A DNA stretch of 64,000 nucleotides from Octopus sinensis (lineage: Eukaryota), in NCBI RefSeq assembly GCF_006345805.1, contig NC_043002.1, positions 496,001 through 560,000 of the forward strand. Reading direction: 5' to 3'. Positions 1 through 10,444 of this stretch are shown here, one piece after another. Under the pieces are notes generated by a model, which saw only the letters and a list, made by a program, of their open reading frames with translations, was not told the origin of the DNA and did no database searches. Position numbers and translations under genes: made by a program. Within the stretch, counting starts at the first letter, position 1, and each line of letters opens with the position of its first letter.

Positions 1-2
1 TG

Positions 3-482
3 GGAAGATCAAGCTGCAGCATCCGTTGTCCGACGTCTATGGTGCTGTTCCTCATTCTCCTCTGCAGGTGTGGCTGAGATGCACATGGCATTAGCGGCTT
101 GGCAACATTTCCGCTGGGGACTTGTTTCAGAATCTCTTGCAGCAGCTGTAGATGTGGCGTTAGCAGGTCAGCGGCTTCTTCACTGGTCCTCTGTCTCTGA
201 AGCTTGAGCAACTGCCATTGAAGGAGCATTTGCGGTTTGGCGAGTTCTACATTGGTCTTCAGTTTTTGCAGCATCAGCAGCAGTCACAGATCAGATGGCA
301 ATAGGGGTCAAGCGAGCATTTCGCTGGTCATCTGTTTTGAGAGCTCTTCTGGCAGTTGCACGTTCAGCAGCTTGTAACCAATGGATGGTAGTCTCCAACA
401 ACGATTCTGAAGCTCCATTTCGTCTTGATTCTTCTGCTTTAGCAGTATTTCGGCCAATAGTGAACTTCTTCCATCATGGCAT
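3..482 (-). pseudogene. Decayed Helitron RepHel N-terminal coding region (160 codons, 5 TGA stops, no frameshift)
   Basis: Manual translation gives five imperfect repeats of xETxxQRxxR; every stop is TGA at a position where Arg is expected. Confidence 0.7.
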
Positions 483-866
483 GACCTAAAAAGAGAGGTT
501 GCGGAACACTTAGACCCAGTCAGAAGGATAAAAGCAAGCGGCTGACTGGATATGTAAGTTTTTATGAAATAGGTAGGCAGGTATGAAGCCATAAGCATGT
601 CTTAATGGAGAGGTATCCATAAGGTGGTTTAGTAGCTGTACGGTAAGCTGTGTTGCAATGGGAGCCGGCAACGAATCAAATCATTTCTCAAACGGGCGAT
701 TAACATGTTTTCCACTATCTGCATTCGTAAGTGGATGTCAATCATATTTTGTTCTACACTGGAATAAATATGTGAATGTGAATTGTCGACAGATAATGTC
801 TAGCAGCCGTACTGTGAAGCCTGAGATAATGTTGCTTATCGATTTGTGAGGTAGAGGCGTTTGTCG

Positions 867-947
867 AAAGTCCCTCTGCCTATTTTTCTCAATGAGAGGT
901 GGTACTTTATGACTGTGTTCCAACAGCGTGAGGTGAAATGGCAAGGA
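867..947. repeat. 81-bp inverted repeat, arm 1 (partner 2141-2221)
   Basis: The reverse complement of 2141-2221 matches 867-947 with 4 mismatches. Confidence 0.9.
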
Positions 948-2724
948 ACAAGAGGAGATGTAATAACAATTTTGTGGCTTACCAACTGCAGCTGGATTAA
1001 AGGAGGGAGGGATAGCTTTTAGAGGAGAGGTTGCGGTGAAAACGTTGGATCAGGATTGTGACTAGTGTTAGTGAAACCAAAAGGGGTTTTTAAGTAAGAT
1101 GCAGTCATCGCTCACGAAAACACGAGAATAAACGTATGATGCAACACTATCCCATTGTAAGAGGATGAAAGTGGGAAGAGGTAAGCGGAACTGTTGGTGT
1201 GTTAGTAAGGAATGGCACCTAGTTGTTGCTTTGCAAGTAATGGTCAAGTACTTACCAAGTGTCCAAACACTATGGAGAAGAGTTGCCTTGAGCTGAGGCA
1301 GAAGAATAGGTGGTTCCCTTGGAGCGGGGTTGTGGTAGGAGACAGACAATGCGTGGAAGTAATTCAAGATGTCTGACGTCTAGTGGGGGTCTGATAGCGA
1401 TTTGAAGCATGATTGCAAAACCTGTGTCAGTGCGGAAAATCGGCATAGGCTATTGTGTGTAAGTCGGAGGGGATGGGTTAAATTTAGGTCTCGACGTGAG
1501 GGGTAAAAAGGCACGGTTACAAATGGCAGCAGGAAGTGGGGGTGTAGGGTGTCGGAGCACAAATAAGGGGCGACAAACTGTAAAAATGAAGGATTTCCGG
1601 GGCTGGTGGAAATTGGAACTTACGTTGAGTGCAAAATAGAGCAGGGTATTTATGGTTGAAGATGATGGTTTGATGGCTGTGTCAATCCACCTAAGAGACC
1701 CACAAGAAGATATGACTGATTGTAAGTCCACGTCAGCAGGAAGTGAGCTTATGTAGGAGAGTGAGGACTTTTCAAGCAAACATTATGAGGTCATAAAAGC
1801 AAGTTTACAAGAACAGAGTGGCAATGGCAAAGTCAAAGTGAGGTTGCAGGTAGGTACTGACAAAGTATGAGAATAAAAAATGGTGATCATAACAAAGTCA
1901 AGTGTCCGTCATTGTGTGTGTGAGCAGGTGATATGCGTATGAGTAAAGAAATTGTTGTTATAGTGGATCCCTAGCATAAATAAATCTGAATAATCAGGTG
2001 TCACATCAAATGTTGGACCAATGAATACACTGATTAAGTGGTAAGCTGCTTCATTGTGCTTCTGTAGTTCAGTTTCAGTCTTCCGGTCATCCGCTGAGTA
2101 CCATGACACCATGAAACTCTTTGGGTCAAACTGGAAATGCTCCTTCCCATTTCACCTCATGCCGTTGGAACACATTCATAAAGTACCACCTCTCATTGAG
2201 AAAAATAGGCAGAGGGACTTTTGACTGAGTTTGGTTGAAATCGGACAACTTTTTGAAAAAAATCGATAATTATTGACTGAATTTTTACAAAAACCGAACA
2301 TTGATCGAAGCAGTTGTTATGACTAAAACATTCCTCGGAACATACCAAATGCATGTCTGAAATTTCAGTTGAATTAGTTGGGTGGAACTCGAGTTATAAA
2401 CTTTCAAACTTGCACACACACACAGAGTTCCTGTTTTATATATATAGATTGTCTCTGCAAAGAGCAGCGATGTCAGGAGTCTGATATTCTCCACTGCCAG
2501 ATACCTCTTAAAACTTGTTCACAACTTCAATTCCTTAAGGCTACTCTCTCTTTTATTTTATTGTCTGTGATTTTCTGATCTATGACGCAGTTTTCACTGT
2601 CACATGCCAGTTACTTTTATAATTTTCATTTTTGCCATTAATTTTGTATGATTTCTGGAAAAACACATTTTTGTTTCTCAGTCAACTTTTTCTCTTTCTC
2701 TGCAGAAAAAGCAAATCACCTGAA

Positions 2725-2800
2725 ATGTTATCTCTTTTCCTCCATGTTATCTCTTTTCCTCCATGTTATCTCTTTTTCTCCATGTTATCTCTTTTCATAC
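2725..2800 (+). repeat. 19-bp tandem repeat x4 (ATGTTATCTCTTTTCCTCC)
   Basis: Directly visible; the last two units are slightly degenerate. Confidence 0.9.
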
Positions 2801-3169
2801 TTGTGCTTTTTCATTTTTTAAAAAATATTCTTTAATTTTTTTCACTCTTAATTTTCTTCTAAAATTCTGAAAGTCTAGTTTTATACTATTATGGAGAAAG
2901 CTGCTTTTTAAGTAGTTGGAATTATGCATCTTCTACTAAAAGAATGCAATTATTTAAGCCTAGACTGTCTGAAAACCTTTTACAAATTCCAATTTTAATA
3001 TTAGGGTATTTGGAAAGTAATAGCGATTTTTCACCACTATGAAATATGAATCAACCAGACATGTCAAAGTAATGGTTGAATGAGCAGGAACTGTCTAGAA
3101 ATAGTACATCATCTCTTCTATCCAGCAGTGTCTTTCATAGTTATTTTGGTAACTAACCTCATGCTTACT

Positions 3170-3900
3170 GTCATTGCTTACTGTATGAGTTTTGAAAGAA
3201 AAGTATTGCTAGAGAAGCAGGGAAAAACATTTGTGAAGTGTATTTGGATGCTTTGAAAGTTTGTACATATCAGATGTAGTTTAAAAGGTTTAAAGATGGC
3301 AATTGTGACATACCTGACAAGCCTTGCTCCCGAAGACAGCCCATTGTGAATGATGAGACTTGTATCAGATCTACATCAAAGTATCTGAGATTTGGTGCAA
3401 ATATATTTAATGTATCATGTTCAACTATCAACAAAGCATGTCAAGCAAATTGGGAAAACATGCAATGGGGGAATTTGGGTTCTACATAAGCTTATACTGA
3501 ACATTATCTTCCACCATTTGCAGCAGTCTTTTAACCAGGAATAACAACCTGTCATTTTTTATGGGTTTTGCATCACAACAGAAAATAAAAAAGACAATGA
3601 TTATCATGTAATGAGAGGCCAGTGCCAGTAAGAAAACCAGAACTCCATCCACAAAAACCCTTGCTTTATATTTGGTGGAACATGAAGAGTATTGTCCATT
3701 ATGAGCTACCAGAACATGGAAAGAACAACAATGCAGATGTCTGTTGCCAACAACTTGATCGTGTAAATGAAAAATTGTGTTGAAAGTGGCCAGAAAAGGT
3801 GTTATTCTCCAGCTTGTCAATGCATGGCCTCACTCTTGAAAACAAACTAAAGAAAAAAAATCCACATCCTCTATACTCACCTGACTATCCTATACATGAT
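3170..3900 (+). mobile_element. Heavily decayed mariner transposase fragment
   Basis: Broken frames resemble the mariner HTH region (AREAGKNICEVY...FKRFKDG...) and the catalytic LDNAWPH (HDNARPH) motif near 3815. Confidence 0.6.
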
Positions 3901-4139
3901 CATTTAGTATGCTAGAAATAACAGCGATCACATGGGTTTCAAAAGTAATTTCTTTTCAGTATAGTTATAATTGAATCATAAAAACAAGGAAACAAAATTA
4001 AGATGCATGAAATATGTTTCCCACCATATTTCTTACACATTAAATTTCTATTTATATAGGAACCTGAAAATTATATATAGAAAATTTCCATAAAAAATAC
4101 TCGTTTTTCTGAAAGCTATGAGGAAACAAAATTGAGATG

Positions 4140-4665
4140 TGTAAATTATCTGAAATTTCTGGCTGCTGGGGGTGTGTACTCCATATCAAAGCCCTTCTGG
4201 CATCACTGCATCTACAATGCATTGGTCCTCTCCATTCTCCTCTATGGCGCAGAAGACCCTGGCAAAGAGGATTGAATGCTTCAATAGGGGCGGGGTGGGG
4301 ACTGAGAATCATCAAGGACATCAGATGGTACCACTATATTTCCAATAAAGAACTGCATGTGCGCACACACCATCCTGCAGCCTCCCACCTCATAGCTGTC
4401 CATTGCACGTGCCAGTATGGATATGTTCTTTATCTCCTGGTAGATCATCCTACCAGAACTTTACAATTTCAGGCAGGAAGAGGCTTCATGGCAGACCCTG
4501 CCCCAGATGGCTGGATGTGATTGGAGAAGATATCCAGAGGCTCAAAGTCACCTTGGAGGATGCAGACGGGCTGGCACAAGGCTTCTAGCAATGGAAAGCA
4601 TTGGTGGACCTGGTTGGCTCAACATATGATGACACCTCTCGAACCACTAACTTGGAATGACCCAA
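4140..4665 (+). mobile_element. Old RTE-type LINE 3' coding fragment
   Basis: Overlapping ORFs give LRIIKDIRWYHYISNKEL and GRKRLHGRPCPRWLDVI, resembling the RTE ORF C-terminus. Confidence 0.55.
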
Positions 4666-4962
4666 GAACCATCAAGCAAGAGCATAAAGCCAGCCAAGCC
4701 AGTCTCTTCCAAAATGGTTTCACCACATATTCTCATATAATAGTGATCTACATCATCTGAAATATATTTGTAAAAACTATCATAAATAAATATCTATTTT
4801 TCAGAAAGTTATGAGGAAAGAACTTTTTGGAGGCACAATTCTGTAGTTATGCCCTAAATTTACTGAACAAGTGAGCACTATTAGACAAGTAAAGGATTCA
4901 AAAGAAAATTAGATGTAACATACTGAAAAATTACACACATCAGGAATTAAATTTGCAAATAT

Positions 4963-6279
4963 TGGAAAGCAGAAGCAGAAACTGACGACATCTTGTCTTC
5001 TCTAATACACAGAGATATGGTGGGAGCAACGCAGAACCATCGGAAAGGATTTGGTTTTGGCGCAGATCAGTTCAGACCGTTTGCAAGCATGATGCCGTGT
5101 GAACGCAGATCTGTTGTTAGCAACAGCGTCAAAACAAGAGAAGCAGAGAGAAGAGAGCTTCATTTGATCCGATGTGTTCATCAAGGTCAGATGACGAGAT
5201 GGGAAGAACATGTTGTTGAGAGGAAGATAAGTTGGGATGAGATGTGGAAGTGGACGACATCTCGGCTGAGTTTCCTGATTCGTTCATCTCATGATGTTTT
5301 GCCATCACCTACGAATCTAGTAAGATGGAACGTCTTAGAGAATGACATTTGCAAATGTGGAAAGGTCGGTACACTAAAACATATTCTTTCCAACTGTTCA
5401 TTAGCATTGAACAGGTACACATGGAGGCACAACTTGGTTCTTAAGGTTATCTTCAATGCTATAAAGAACCAAATTCATCCCAACAACACTGAAAAATCGT
5501 TGAAAGTACCATCAAGAGATTTCATTACCTTCGTGCGACCAGGTCAGCGGATCCGTTTCAAGAAGAAGATCAAGAAACTTCCTGAGAAAAATGAAAAGTG
5601 GAACGGCTATTGGGAGGTAACTGCAGATTTACCTGGGTGCCAGGTTTTCTTTCCCATCCCAGTTTCGAAAAAACCAGATATTTTGATGTGGTGTGAAAGA
5701 AAGAAAGTTGTAAATATAGTCGAGCTAACGGTTCCTCACGAAGATAATATGGACGCCGCTCGAGCTCAAAAATTAAACCGTTATGAAAACCTCCTCGAGG
5801 AATGTGAAGACGCAGGCTGGAAAGCGGAACATTTTCCTATCGAAGTCGGATGTAGAGGGTTTGTAGGACACAGCGTGAGACGACTGTTGTTATCGTTAGG
5901 CCTAACTCATCGTAAAGTCAATACCACCATGACTGATATCCAATCTACAGTGGAGAAGGCTAGCCACTGGATTTGGTTAAAAAGAGACGATGAACGATGG
6001 CTAGAAGTATATTGAGTTCTTCATAACCAGCTGATCTAGCAAGCGGGGCCTCATATCAGTGAGGGGGGCCGGTGTGCATTGATGCCATCGAGAGGTAGGC
6101 CCCTAAACGGCGCGCATTCTCTCCTGATGAGCCCATACACTTGCTAGCTTCCGGTATACGAAGCTTTTAACTGGTAGCACTTGCATGTGCAAATTGTTTG
6201 CAAGACATGATAAAATTAGCAACCAGCTGGGCAGTTTTTTCTGCTGGTTTTATGTAAATTAATGTATTAAAAAAAAAAA
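4963..6279 (+). mobile_element. 5'-truncated HERO-like non-LTR retrotransposon (restriction-like endonuclease clade) with 3'UTR and A tail
   Basis: Uninterrupted frame from about 4963 (WKAEAET...) to the stop at 6013-6015; GC-richer 3'UTR; A-run at about 6269-6279. No clear TSD. Confidence 0.8.
4993..6015 (+). CDS. C-terminal part of HERO-like ORF: CCHC zinc knuckle plus PD-(D/E)xK-type endonuclease (no RT domain present)
   Basis: CKCGKVGTLKHILSNC, RYTWRHN, KPDI...ELTVPHE and FPIEVGCRGF motifs; 340 codons with no stop. Confidence 0.85.
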   Translation: MSSLIHRDMVGATQNHRKGFGFGADQFRPFASMMPCERRSVVSNSVKTREAERRELHLIRCVHQGQMTRWEEHVVERKISWDEMWKWTTSRLSFLIRSSHDVLPSPTNLVRWNVLENDICKCGKVGTLKHILSNCSLALNRYTWRHNLVLKVIFNAIKNQIHPNNTEKSLKVPSRDFITFVRPGQRIRFKKKIKKLPEKNEKWNGYWEVTADLPGCQVFFPIPVSKKPDILMWCERKKVVNIVELTVPHEDNMDAARAQKLNRYENLLEECEDAGWKAEHFPIEVGCRGFVGHSVRRLLLSLGLTHRKVNTTMTDIQSTVEKASHWIWLKRDDERWLEVY

Positions 6280-6381
6280 GTCATACGAGAGTTCACAAAC
6301 TTCTTGATCTCTTGTAAGACCAAGTTAAAACAAAAAATTATTTTAATATCATTACATGTAAGTTTTTTTCTTTTTTCATAG

Positions 6382-6452
6382 TTCCGTGCATTAGGAGAAT
6401 ATGGTGTTGCCGTCCTTCACATTTCACAAATTCAAAAGAAAGAACAGCAAGG
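6382..6452 (+). CDS. Internal exon of unidentified plus-strand gene (FRALGEYGVAVLHISQIQKKEQQG)
   Basis: Strong acceptor TTTTTTTCTTTTTTCATAG and donor GTAATA. Phase 0 in, phase 2 out, matching exon 14968. A phase-1 reading (PCIRRIWCC...) is also open. Confidence 0.55.
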
Positions 6453-6951
6453 GTAATATTTTTTCATTTTATGGAAAATGTATATCAATAGCTGAAAGGA
6501 TAAATGAAAAGTTGAAGCAAAGAATAATTTGATTGTTGAGATTTTCTTTTGCTGGAAAGAAAATTTGCTGAGGCAAAGAATGCTTGTTATTTTGAACTTT
6601 AGAAACGAAAAAAAGATATTGTTTTTATTCTTGGGGAGATGAGGCAGTAACATTAACCAAAATTATATTGATTCTGGCAGATTCTGGCACCTCTTCATGC
6701 AAATGTTAATTACTCTTCCCTCTAACTTTTTTTTTATTATGCCTTAGAAAACAAAAACTCATTAAAACCTGGTCTTTGGATTTTGTTCTGAACATCAGAG
6801 GCTCATAATCAGCATGGTGGAGATGGGGAACTACTCAGGAATAGCTGTATTCACTTTCAAGATAAAGTAATTTGTATTCAGAAGTCAAAGCAGTACTATT
6901 GTACTTTCACATTGGGAAAATTTCAAATGCTCTTGGGTTAGTTTATTAAGG

Positions 6952-6985
6952 ACTAGCAAAGATACCCAGTTTTACTTGGGGTTAA
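6952..6985 (-). mobile_element. Degenerate Helitron 3' terminus
   Basis: ACTAGCAAAGATACCCAGTTTTACTTGGG resembles the reverse complement of the hairpin+CTAG end at 9461-9488. Confidence 0.35.
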
Positions 6986-6999
6986 AATGGTATAGTTTG

Positions 7000-7000
<1 letters not shown>

Positions 7001-7043
<43 letters not shown>

Positions 7044-7051
7044 GTATATAT
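7001..7051. repeat. (TA)n microsatellite; another at 7348-7381
   Basis: Directly visible. Confidence 0.95.
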
Positions 7052-7347
7052 ATTACAATGCTGCACTTTCCCATATCACCTGTTTCACCATAACTGTAAT
7101 ATATAACTGTAGCTTCTAAGCTGAAGTGAAGACAGCATGTTCTTTGTCTATCTCCTTACCTTCTTGGAGATTGGAGGTAAAATTATACTAATGTGTCCAT
7201 CTGTTTTAATTTAATTAAATTCTGTCTTTATGCAGCTGAGGATTGCTCTACATTTAAATTGACGTAATGATTGCATTGTTCAATTAAATGGAGTTGCTTG
7301 AAACGATCGTACTGCATTACCTTTGGATATCCTTATTGCTTATTTTG

Positions 7348-7384
<37 letters not shown>

Positions 7385-8409
7385 TCTGAGCACATGATCA
7401 AGATCTCAGATCAAGTCACTTGCTATGCAAGTACATCTCTGTAAATTGAAAGATTATCTCTATGAAATGTTATATTGTTTTAATCGAAATGAAACTAAAA
7501 TTTCATATTGACACTGACCAGCCCTCACGTATAGTGCATTTAATAATGTATTCAACACAGAAAGACACATACTGTGAGATATATTCACACTCATACACTC
7601 ACACACATACATTCCCATACAGATACAGTCATATACAAAATATGAAGACATCGTTGTGGTTTGAAGTAAAAGTATAAAAGTGAAACAGAGTTGTGGTGGT
7701 GGTTAGAATTAAAAGTTAAAAAGTGAGACAATATCTCACATTACAATATATATGTTATTGTTTCACTTTTACTTTTTGTGTTTTGACGTAATAAGGAACC
7801 AGTGCCAATGTTGCATTGTTTTAATCCCCAAAAATTACATGTTGACATTCATAGGGCTTTGTAGTATTACCATGTAAAATTTCATTTGGTTTGGTTGAGC
7901 TGTTTGAGAATGTATTGGGGACAGACAGAGATACAATGGATTTCATATATATCTCTTATTATAAAAGGCAGATTTTATCTGCCTCCCTTTGTCAGTTATA
8001 GAAATCTACAATATAGGATTTCTTCAATTACAATTTACCTAGCATTTTTAAGAGTAGAATGCATCGGGTTTTGCCAAGTCCAGTTTTTAAAATTTAAACT
8101 CCAATTAAGCAAAATTTACAGAAAACTCACATTCTGGTGTGTATGTCAAATGCTTTTCTTAGTCTGGTTTACAGCACACGCAAACGCACACACACAGTGT
8201 GCAACGAATAAAGTGAAACTAGATGTAATATTTGTTTCTGTCTATCACGCTGATAGATACATGAGTAAAATGTATGGCAAGCTAACAGATAAGAGTGAGT
8301 GAAAATGTTCTTGGAAGAGAGTAAATAGTGACAGAGTGATTTGAGGAAGACTAAACTGAAAGTATGAAACAGTGTTTATGTATAAACAAACCGCCCGAAT
8401 TTACCTATT

Positions 8410-8815
8410 CAGGCACCCATGCCAACCCCCTTTGCTTGTGAAGACATGTTGGGGCAAGCGAAATCGAAATCGAATTGAACCAGCCAGGATCCCTGGTCTG
8501 GTGGTACGTAAAAAGTACTATCCGACTCGTGGCCGATGCCAGCACCGCCTCGACTGGCTTCCGTGCCGGTGGCACATAAAATACACCAATCCGACCGTGG
8601 CCGTTGCCAGCCTCGCCTGGCACCTGTGCAGGTGACACGTAAAAAGCACCCACTACACTCACGGAGTGGTTGGCATTAGGAAGGGCATCCAGCTGTAGAA
8701 ACATTGCCAGATTAGACTGGAGCCTGGTGCAGCCTTCTGGCTTCCCAGAACCCCGGTCGAACCGTCCAACCCATGCTAGCATGGAGAACGGACGTTAAAC
8801 GATGATGATGATGAT
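8410..8815 (+). mobile_element. RTE LINE 3'UTR copy, young subfamily, with (GAT)n tail
   Basis: Homologous to the 3'UTR of the RT-bearing copy at 31043-34119; about 98% identical to 39979-40382. Confidence 0.9.
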
Positions 8816-8849
8816 ATTTAAATGAGAATATCAGAGTAAATCTCTTTAG

Positions 8850-9215
8850 TACATTCGTGAAAACACGTATTATACTTCGTAAACACTTCAAATACAGTTT
8901 TGTACAAAAATCGAAGTGTAATTTTAATTCCGTGAATTATGGGAGATTTTTTTCCGAAATTTGTTCCTATTGTGTTTTCAAAATTTGTAATTCTGACAAA
9001 AAATGGATACGAATTTCATTATATCAAGCAGCGAGTCAGAATTCGAAGGATTTTCTACTGAAGACCTTCATAAATCTAACTCTATGACTGAAAAAAAAAA
9101 GCATCTTTATATAAGAGTGAAGTTGTGTGTGTGTCTCCTACGATTTAGATTTGTAACTACTCCCACATTTTGCGGTGCAGTTTAACCAAAAGCGGGTATC
9201 TTATAGTCGTGATTC
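8850..9215 (+). mobile_element. Possible pogo/Tigger-like DNA transposon 3' remnant
   Basis: SSSESEFEGF acidic tail motif and a terminal TCTTATAGTCG resembling Tigger-type TIRs; weak. Confidence 0.3.
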
Positions 9216-9488
9216 ATATCGAGCCCTTCTGGGTATTAGCGCGCGTCTATGATTTAAAAAAAATTTACCATCATATTTTTCCATTTTAATGCATTTTTTT
9301 CGCTTTTATATAAGGGAAGTAACTCTCTAAAAATATCTACGATGTGTCAACGATTTAAAAAAAAAATTTACCTTAATTTTTTTTCAATTTTTAATGCATT
9401 TTTTTGCTATTTTTTGGCTATAACTCTCTACAAATGCTTATATAGTTATTTCCCTTACAACCCGAGCAACGCCGGGCAATACTGCTAG
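9216..9488 (+). mobile_element. Non-autonomous Helitron 3' end
   Basis: CCCG-AGCAACGC-CGGG hairpin (9461-9476) followed by CTAG (9485-9488) then T, the canonical Helitron 3' terminus. The 5' boundary is uncertain. Confidence 0.65.
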
Positions 9489-9959
9489 TATATAATATAG
9501 ATGATAATGTAATTACCAATGCAAGCAAAATATATATTTTTACTCTAAATATCTAAATATACATGAAATGTGTTTATATATCAATAAATATATTTTTTAT
9601 ATTTATAAATCCACATTAAAGAATATAGCAGCTGTAAATCTAATGCTAATGTGGTTCTGGTTTTAAAGAAATAAGATTAAAAAAGAAACATGTTGATTGT
9701 TTCTTATCATTAATAAATAGCAAAAGTTAATTATTAATCTCTAATGTTCAAAGCATAAAAATCCAAAGACTGATTTTAAAAATTTCAAAAGCAGGATTAA
9801 AAAGACCCTACACTTATATGAATAAGTGCTTTGATATATATTTTTTTATGGAAGACAAAATCAATTTTAAAAATAGAAGAATATCAGTGATTAAATCAAC
9901 TTCCCAAAAATGTAAAGAAGAGACCTCCCAAAAGGCATTTATTGGGATTGATACCACCA

Positions 9960-10330
9960 CCATCATCATCATCATTATCATTTAACAGCTGTTTTCCATG
10001 CTGGCATTGGTTGCATGTTTTGATAGGAGCTGGAGAGCTGCACCAGGCTGCAACTGTCTGTTTTGGCATGGTTTCTACGGGTGGATGTCCTTCCTAACAC
10101 CAGCCATTTTACAGAATGTACTGGGTGCCTTCCCATGTGGTACTGGCATGGGTGCTTTCCCATGTGGTACTGGCATGGGTGTTTTTTACATGGTATCAGC
10201 ACTTGTGAGCTCACAAGACAAGGACTTTTCAGCTGAGAGATGGAGCAGGAGGGCATAGCTGTAAAGGACATACCTGTATGTATGTACAGATAGCCACAAT
10301 TTTACTTAGCTTGATGTCTTCTCAAACACA
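9960..10330 (-). mobile_element. Diverged RTE 3'UTR copy
   Basis: (CAT)n tail followed by the TTTCCATGCTGGCA...GGATGTCCTTCCTAAC core. Confidence 0.75.
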
Positions 10331-10444
10331 TCGAATTACTAGAAGTCTTGATTGAGAAAGACAATAATTGAAAAGGAGCTGCAAATGTTATTCATGTTTG
10401 TCTTCTGTTTCCTAGCAAGAAACAAATCATTGACCTGCACAAAA

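Larger units (their letters stand above)
1..2448 (-). mobile_element. Helitron, 5' part (runs off the window start), with decayed RepHel N-terminus and about 1.7 kb of internal cargo
   Basis: Minus strand begins A|TCTATATATATAAAA at 2448, a Helitron-type 5' TC terminus. A splice-acceptor-like CTCTCTTTTTAG|GTC precedes an ATG at 482. The frame 482-3 reads MP*WKKFTIGRNTAKAEESRR...KTDDQRNARL...ETEDQ*RSR, the A/E/R-rich repeat N-terminus typical of animal Helitron RepHel proteins. Confidence 0.75.

Noticed and set aside
2706-2726. Possible micro-exon after the strong acceptor TTTCTCTGCAG
   Set aside because: Poor donor (GTTATC) inside a tandem repeat, and no open phase joins exon 6382 at phase 0.
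6100-6165. CTGATGA at 6124-6130 as a possible hammerhead ribozyme core
   Set aside because: No stem II closed by GAAA can be built on either side.
8405-8782. Recurrent ORFs starting MLAWVGRF (also 12954, 24417, 33749, 39793, 51204)
   Set aside because: They are antisense readings of the RTE 3'UTR core, so the recurrence reflects the repeat and not a gene family.
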